NCBI GenBank assembly: GCA_029010715.1
Contig: JAQXKZ010000024.1
Location: forward strand, 1,236 to 65,235
DNA length: 64,000 bases
Direction: 5' to 3'
DNA from: Clostridiales bacterium
Lineage (GTDB): Bacteria > Bacillota > Clostridia > Oscillospirales > Oscillospiraceae
Shown: positions 59,095-64,000 of the stretch, piece after piece
Position numbering within the stretch: position 1 is the first letter of the stretch
Layout: every line of letters begins with the position of its first letter
Notes under the pieces: model-generated
The model's database searches: none
Told to the model about the DNA's origin: nothing
What the model saw: only the letters and a program-made list of their open reading frames with translations
Position numbers and translations under genes: made by a program

Positions 59095-59502
59095 TTGAAT
59101 ATAGAGCTCAGTGACAAGGAGTTCAGGCGGCTGCTTGACATGGTCTATATAGGCAACTGGATACTCAATTCCACCAGAGGCGACGACCGCTTCGAAGATT
59201 ACGACCTCATACAGGAGAAGCTTTTTGCCCTGTGCCCCGAGCGCGGCATGCGTTCGCTCGTACAGCGCTGGCACGGGCATATATTTCCCTCTCAGGCCTA
59301 CGAGGACGGCGGCATACACGAGGCCATCGCGGATTACGAGGACGCGGTGTTCTTCAACATTCTCGCTGAAGAACTCGCGCGGCGCGATCTCGATCTTGTG
59401 GACACCGACCCCGAGGATTTTTCGGAGCTCACCGCACGGATGGACGAATATATGGCGGAATTTGAGAAGAACGGACTCAACACAATTAATATTGATCTGT
59501 GA
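59095..59502 (+). CDS. Conserved-looking hypothetical acidic protein, translationally coupled to greA
   Basis: 135 aa. TTG start 8 nt after the AAGGAGG RBS. The stop overlaps the greA RBS region. No family was recognised. Confidence 0.5.
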   Translation: MNIELSDKEFRRLLDMVYIGNWILNSTRGDDRFEDYDLIQEKLFALCPERGMRSLVQRWHGHIFPSQAYEDGGIHEAIADYEDAVFFNILAEELARRDLDLVDTDPEDFSELTARMDEYMAEFEKNGLNTINIDL

Positions 59503-59510
59503 GGCGTAAA

Positions 59511-60014
59511 ATGCACGACGAGCTTACAAGGGAAGACATTAAAAAGATGCAGGAGGAGCTGGACTACCGCCGGCTCGAGCTGATGCCCGGTCTGATAGAA
59601 GAGGTCAAGCGCACAAGGGCCTTCGGCGATCTCAGCGAAAATTTCGAATACAAGGCCGCAAAGCAGGCCCAGAACAAGAACCGCAGCCGCATACGCTACC
59701 TCGAGGGCATGATAAAATCCGCGACCGTCATTGACGACCGCTCCGCCGACGACGAAGTGGGGCTGTTTGACAGGGTCGAGATATACATCCCCGAGGACGA
59801 TGAGACTCAGATCATTCAGGTCGTGACGACCGTGCGCTGCGACCCGCGGCGAGGACTCATAAGCAAGGAGTCCCCCTTCGGCAGGGAGATACTCGGCAGG
59901 AAGGTCGGCGACAGCTTCACGGTGCATGTCAACGACAGCTACAGCTATAAGGCCGAGATACGCTCCATCACCAAGGGCGAGGACGACGGCTCCGCACCGC
60001 TGCTGCAGTATTGA
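59511..60014 (+). CDS. greA: Transcription elongation factor GreA
   Basis: The ORF track starts at GTG 59499. ATG 59511 follows GAGG by 6 nt. MHDELTREDIKKMQEELDYRR...AFGDLSENFEYKAAK is canonical GreA. Confidence 0.9.
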   Translation: MHDELTREDIKKMQEELDYRRLELMPGLIEEVKRTRAFGDLSENFEYKAAKQAQNKNRSRIRYLEGMIKSATVIDDRSADDEVGLFDRVEIYIPEDDETQIIQVVTTVRCDPRRGLISKESPFGREILGRKVGDSFTVHVNDSYSYKAEIRSITKGEDDGSAPLLQY

Positions 60015-60045
60015 ATAAGCAGTTCTTTCCGGCCGGGCATAGCTT

Positions 60046-60546
60046 TTAATATAAGAACTCCAGTATCTGCTTCCACTGCCCGCGGAGCCTGTCCATGGAC
60101 CACGCGGCGTTCGCCGGACTTGTGGACGGCAGCTGTACCGGCGTACGGCCGCAGACAGGCCGGAGGTACTTCATAAACAGCTTATACGAGGCCGTGCCGT
60201 TGCAGTATATCTGCCGTATGTCCGCCGCGTTCAGCAGCGACATGATATCCACCGGCTCCGCGTTTCTGATGCTGCTGTCACTGGAACCGATTATATCGCA
60301 GGAATCGAGCGTGTCCCACAGCGCGATATGATGCGTCAGCAGCATTTCCTTCTTCCCGTCTATGCTCTGCGGGAGCTCGCAGCCGAGCACTCCGGCCAGG
60401 AGCGGCCAGAAACGGTTTTGCGGGTGGCCGTAGAAAAAGTTGACTTCCCTCGACTTTACCGAAGGGAAGCTGCCCAGTATAAGTATTCTTGAACCGGCGT
60501 CGTATACCGGGCCGAACTGTCTCTGTATATGTTTGTATTCCGGCAT
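60046..60546 (-). CDS. DNA-deoxyinosine (hypoxanthine) glycosylase, UDG superfamily
   Basis: 166 aa. ILILGSFPSVKSREVNFFYGHPQNRFWPLL is characteristic of this family. Confidence 0.7.
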   Translation of the reverse strand: MPEYKHIQRQFGPVYDAGSRILILGSFPSVKSREVNFFYGHPQNRFWPLLAGVLGCELPQSIDGKKEMLLTHHIALWDTLDSCDIIGSSDSSIRNAEPVDIMSLLNAADIRQIYCNGTASYKLFMKYLRPVCGRTPVQLPSTSPANAAWSMDRLRGQWKQILEFLY

Positions 60547-60826
60547 GGGCGAGCATCCTTTCCCTGTACTGCGGGCGCAGAATTCGGTTACATATAAGCG
60601 CGCCGGACTCGCTCTGAAAGCTTTCCGTCCTGCATATCCGGCATACGCGCCCCCTCAAACGTTACGATAAAGGCGGCACCGGTATTATAACACTGCCTCC
60701 CGGCAGCGGCAAGGCCATGCAAGGGCCGCGGCGGTCAATTCCTTATGACGCGGGCCCGCGGCCACGTCAGGCTCCCCCGCGCTCCACTTGCCGCACTGCC
60801 CGGCAGCGGTTATTTGACAGTATGAT

Positions 60827-60858
60827 AAAACGGAGCGGCCGTATGGCCGCCCCGTTTT
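60827..60858. terminator. Bidirectional terminator-like hairpin inside the long 60547..61211 intergenic region
   Basis: AAAACGGAGCGGCC-GTAT-GGCCGCCCCGTTTT, with one internal mismatch and A/T runs on both sides. No annotated gene obviously ends here. Confidence 0.5.
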
Positions 60859-61211
60859 ATTATGATGAGAACAAAATGAAAAAAATTAGCTCTGCACTTG
60901 CAGTTATAAGATAACAGAAAGATGTTTCAAGAATAAGCGGAAAGTTGTTTCAAAAAAGTAAAAGTGCGTAAGTTTCACCGGCTCTTCGTCCTGTATTAAT
61001 CAGCTTCACGGAAAATACGGCGCCATCTTCCCTGTCATTCAGGACTTTCGCCGGCGGAGACCCGCAGCAGCTCCTTCGGTATAAATCAAAAAAGTTCTGA
61101 AAGCTTTGCCATCGCTTCTCCGCTGCTGTAAGCATATACAATATACATTTCTTTTTTTCGGGTTTTACTGCCGTTCGGACCGTCTGATGCGGCCGGCCGT
61201 TATTTTGCCTC

Positions 61212-61239
61212 TTGAACTCGGCGCGTTTAATGGTACAAT
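61212..61239 (+). promoter_or_regulatory. Sigma-A promoter of the second phosphodiester-glycosidase module
   Basis: TTGAAC, 16-nt spacer, TGgTACAAT. Confidence 0.55.
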
Positions 61240-61304
61240 ACAGGATGTACGATTATAACCGTCAAGGCGGGTCACAGCACATCATAGCGCAGGAGGATGC
61301 ACGC

Positions 61305-62012
61305 GTGGGCGTATCTGTTGTTATAGCCTTTATAATAATTATCATTGCGGTCGCTGTTGGGATCACGTTCGTGCTCCGCGAAAGCGCGGGAAGGATAAAT
61401 CCGCTGCTGGCGATACTGTCGCTGCTGCTGGCCGGCTGTTCCGCCGCGTTCTGTGCCATCGGCAGCACGGCCGGTACCGTATACGCGCAGTCTGACGGCG
61501 ATCCGCAGGAGACGGTAAGGATCTTTTTCGACTCGGTCTGCAGCGGGGACTATCCCGCGGCCTACGGCTGTCTTGAAAACTACAGCAGCCTCGGCCTTGA
61601 GAACACCCCGTCGGCGGAAGTAGGCGAGCTTGTATACTCTGCGCTCAGGGACAGCTACAGCTATGAGCTGCAGGGCCCGGCCGCGATAGACAGGCTCAGC
61701 GCAAAGCAGACCGTGAGCTTCACCTGTCTGGACCTGAGAGCGATGGAGGCAGACGCCGAGGCCGAGACCTCAAAGGTCCTTGAAAAGATCGTCAGATCCC
61801 GGCCCCGCAAAGACATATACGATGAAAACAACAATTACTATCCCGCTGTGACCGAGGAGGCCTACCGGACCGCCGTTACCGGCATACTGAAAAACGCGTC
61901 CGCGTATTACAGTACGCGGGAGCTGACGGTATCGCTGGATTACATTGACCGGCGCTGGCTCATAAACGCCGACGGAAGCCTTATGAACGCCCTGACGGGC
62001 GGCACCGCATGA
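61305..62012 (+). CDS. Two-TM anchored extracytoplasmic domain protein; paralog of the C-terminal domain of 19322..20956
   Basis: The ORF track starts at TTG 61212, but that TTG is the -35 hexamer of a good promoter. GTG 61305 follows the AGGAGG RBS by 8 nt. TVYAQSDGDPQETVRIFFDSVCSGDY...LDYIDRRWLINADGSLMNALTGG aligns with TVYARTDGDPQQTVTGFFDSLIAGDY...LTYSDGRWQMIADSALLRALNGG. Confidence 0.65.
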   Translation: MGVSVVIAFIIIIIAVAVGITFVLRESAGRINPLLAILSLLLAGCSAAFCAIGSTAGTVYAQSDGDPQETVRIFFDSVCSGDYPAAYGCLENYSSLGLENTPSAEVGELVYSALRDSYSYELQGPAAIDRLSAKQTVSFTCLDLRAMEADAEAETSKVLEKIVRSRPRKDIYDENNNYYPAVTEEAYRTAVTGILKNASAYYSTRELTVSLDYIDRRWLINADGSLMNALTGGTA

Positions 62013-62033
62013 AGAAACTGAGGAACAGATCCC

Positions 62034-63665
62034 ATGAGCGATAAAACAGATTACGGTTTTGACCTGGAATCCATACTCGCGGAGTTCTCGTCCGATACCG
62101 CGGGCATAAAAGCACCGCCGGAGGACCCGGCGCGCGGGATGCAGCCCGAGTTCGCCGCGGAAGATGCGGCAGGCTCTGAAGCCCCCGTATCCGAAGAAGC
62201 ATCGCCGGCGGCAGAACGGGCAGCCCGTCGGCCGGCAGACGGTTTCCGGGCCGACTTTGAGCGGAACAATCCTCCCGCTCCCAGAACGCCGGCAGCACCG
62301 GAGAAAGGCCGCAGCGCGCCGAAGCCGGTACGGCACGGCGAGCATGTCGGCGACAGCGGCGCTCCGGAGGACGGCGGTCGGCGCAGGGCGGAGTTTGACC
62401 CGGATTTTTTCCGCCGCCGAGAGGATACCGGGAAGCCGCGCAGGGTCAGACACGCTCCCGCCCCGGAAGTTCTGTCCGGGCCTGAGCCGGAGGAGGAATA
62501 CGTCCCGTCGGACGGCGTGCCGCCGGCGGCGCGCATACTGCTGGGCATGCTCGCCTTTCTGCTTTCGATCGTGTTTTTCCTCTGGATCGCCGTGAACGTC
62601 CATCCCGGCACCGAGGCCGCGGCAGCCGCTCCCGCCGCCGGAGCAAAGACCGACCTTGTCGGCAGACTGAACGTATACCTGAACAACGCGGCCAGCGACG
62701 CGCTCGGCGATCTGGCCTATATCAAAAAGCAGTATACAATAGATTACTCCGCGACCGTAGCGCCCAAGCCGGACGCCGGAAAATTCGTCACCTTCGGTAC
62801 AGACGAGGCAGGCAGGGTCGACGAGATCATAGAGCAGGCCCGCACCTTCGGGCTGCTCGACGGACAGGATCTGATATTCAGCTCCGACACCGACTTCTAC
62901 TGGGACTCCGATATCCGCTGCTACTGTGACGAGACCATCCTCGTCATATGCTGGAAGGAGCTTATAGACAACCGCGTCTGCTCCTGCGTTGAGGTCAAGC
63001 TTGCCGACGGCTCTCAGATCCGGCGCAAGCTCGTCAACGACACTTTCGGATCGAACGAGCGCGTCGTCGCCTCCGAGCTGTCCAGAAGCGCGAACGCGGT
63101 CGTTGCGATGAACGCGGACTTCTACAAATACCGCGACCTCGGCATCTGCGTCTATCAGGGGCAGCTGTGCCGCTATGAGACCTCCTGCGACGTGCTTTTT
63201 ATCGACGCGAACGGTGACTTCCGTATGCTGAGCGCAGGCGAGCTCGGCAGCCGCGAGGATATCGAGCAGTTCATCGCCGACAACAACATCCTCTTCAGCA
63301 TGTCCTTCGGCCCGATACTCGTGCGCGACGGTGAGCTGCTTCAGCTCGAGGGGAGCTATGCCGGCGGCATAGGCGAGATGAACCAGCAGTACTCCCGCTC
63401 CGGCATCGGCCAGTATGACAAACTGCATTATCTCATCATGACCGTCAACCACTCGCAGGACGGCACGCCGCGGGCGACCGTAAATGACTTCGCCCGGCTC
63501 ATGTACGGTAAGGGCGTGCAGAATGCCTATAACTTCGACGGCGGGCAGACCAGTGAAGTCCTGATAAACAACGAACGCTACAACTATGTCGACTGGGACA
63601 GTGAGCGCGAAGTAAGCGATATCCTCTACTTTGCCACGGCGATCCCCGAACAGGAGGTGGGCTGA
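62034..63665 (+). CDS. Membrane-anchored phosphodiester glycosidase family protein (paralog of 17896..19305)
   Basis: 543 aa. ~170-aa R/P/E-rich N-terminus, TM (ILLGMLAFLLSIVFFLWIAV), and MNADFY, FGPILVRDG, AYNFDGGQTSE. Confidence 0.7.
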   Translation: MSDKTDYGFDLESILAEFSSDTAGIKAPPEDPARGMQPEFAAEDAAGSEAPVSEEASPAAERAARRPADGFRADFERNNPPAPRTPAAPEKGRSAPKPVRHGEHVGDSGAPEDGGRRRAEFDPDFFRRREDTGKPRRVRHAPAPEVLSGPEPEEEYVPSDGVPPAARILLGMLAFLLSIVFFLWIAVNVHPGTEAAAAAPAAGAKTDLVGRLNVYLNNAASDALGDLAYIKKQYTIDYSATVAPKPDAGKFVTFGTDEAGRVDEIIEQARTFGLLDGQDLIFSSDTDFYWDSDIRCYCDETILVICWKELIDNRVCSCVEVKLADGSQIRRKLVNDTFGSNERVVASELSRSANAVVAMNADFYKYRDLGICVYQGQLCRYETSCDVLFIDANGDFRMLSAGELGSREDIEQFIADNNILFSMSFGPILVRDGELLQLEGSYAGGIGEMNQQYSRSGIGQYDKLHYLIMTVNHSQDGTPRATVNDFARLMYGKGVQNAYNFDGGQTSEVLINNERYNYVDWDSEREVSDILYFATAIPEQEVG

Positions 63666-64000
63666 TGAACGCAATAGCTGTCTCCGCATACGGCTTCACC
63701 GTGTACTGGAGTTCGCTGATAATTGTCCTCGGCACCGCGGCCGGGGCCGTAATGAGTCTCGCCCTGTGCCGTGACGCCAGATGCCGCGCGTCGGCCGTTC
63801 TGTGCTTCTATCCCCTCGCCGCGCTGTTTTCCGTCGTATTCAGCCGCCTGATACACTGGTACAGCTATATGGAGCAGTACGCCTCCTTCGGAGCGGCCAT
63901 AAGCAATTACCAAACCGGCGGCTACTGCATCTCCGGCGTTCTGCTCGGCGCGCTGCTGGCCGGCGCGATAGTCCGCGGGCTCGGGCTCGTCGGGCGCACC
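63665..64000 (+). CDS. Divergent Lgt-like polytopic membrane protein, N-terminal 112 codons (runs off window); paralog of 16871..17899
   Basis: Own translation: MNAIAVSAYGFTVYWSSLIIVLGTAAGAVMSLALCRDARCRASAVLCFYPLAALFSVVFSRLIHWYSYMEQYASFGAAISNYQTGGYCISGVLLGALLAGAIVRGLGLVGRT. It is clearly alignable with the N-terminus of 16871..17899. TGATG 1-nt overlap with the upstream gene. Confidence 0.6.
   Translation, partial: MNAIAVSAYGFTVYWSSLIIVLGTAAGAVMSLALCRDARCRASAVLCFYPLAALFSVVFSRLIHWYSYMEQYASFGAAISNYQTGGYCISGVLLGALLAGAIVRGLGLVGRT

Noticed and set aside
61212-61304. The upstream starts (TTG 61212, ATG 61230, ATG 61245) for the first gene of module B.
   Set aside because: TTG 61212 is the -35 hexamer, and ATG 61230 lies inside the spacer of the predicted promoter. 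None of the three has an RBS. GTG 61305 has AGGAGG 8 nt upstream and begins right at the first TM helix.

Overview
This is a densely coding, visibly GC-rich chromosomal segment. By gene content it comes from a Gram-positive, Clostridia-type (probably spore-forming) anaerobe: CIRCE-hrcA-grpE-dnaK-dnaJ, holB-ricT, a SpoVK-like AAA ATPase and a LysM-GH18 cortex-lytic-like enzyme are all present. I support 57 protein-coding genes, 2 tRNAs, one IS-transposase remnant and a set of promoters and terminators. I saw no rRNA, CRISPR array, prophage or intact mobile element. Layout: (i) 1-11.6 kb is a tungsten-enzyme island with tupBA, an FAD-oxidoreductase pair, two moeA genes (one fused to an oxyanion-binding PBP-like domain), an HTH-PBP regulator, and a divergent aor-moaD-moeB unit. 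(ii) 12-21.7 kb is an envelope/phospholipid neighbourhood: degV, marR-MFS-GDPD, a three-gene module (serine-hydrolase fusion, phosphodiester glycosidase, degenerate Lgt-like membrane protein), and pgsA. (iii) 21.7-36.4 kb is mixed: thioesterase, TPR+DUF4037 pair, DUF255 thioredoxin protein, AAA ATPase, LysM-GH18, pepF, an orphan MotA/MotB-like pair, parB-like, DMT and MFS. (iv) 36.8-64 kb is mostly housekeeping: tRNA-Met/Glu, the dnaK operon, holB-ricT, htpG, hemW, vanW, metG, murI-DUF1934-argS and greA. It ends with a second, inverted paralogous copy of the phosphodiester-glycosidase/Lgt-like module. The most interesting items are: the duplicated uncharacterised envelope module with a catalytically degenerate Lgt homologue; the orphan MotAB/ZorAB-like stator pair with coiled-coil extensions in a non-flagellar context; a circularly permuted TupA; phased decamer repeats shared by the tupA and aor control regions; and two long structured leaders with no recognisable riboswitch class. 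All homology statements come from reading the translations against remembered family signatures. No database search was run.
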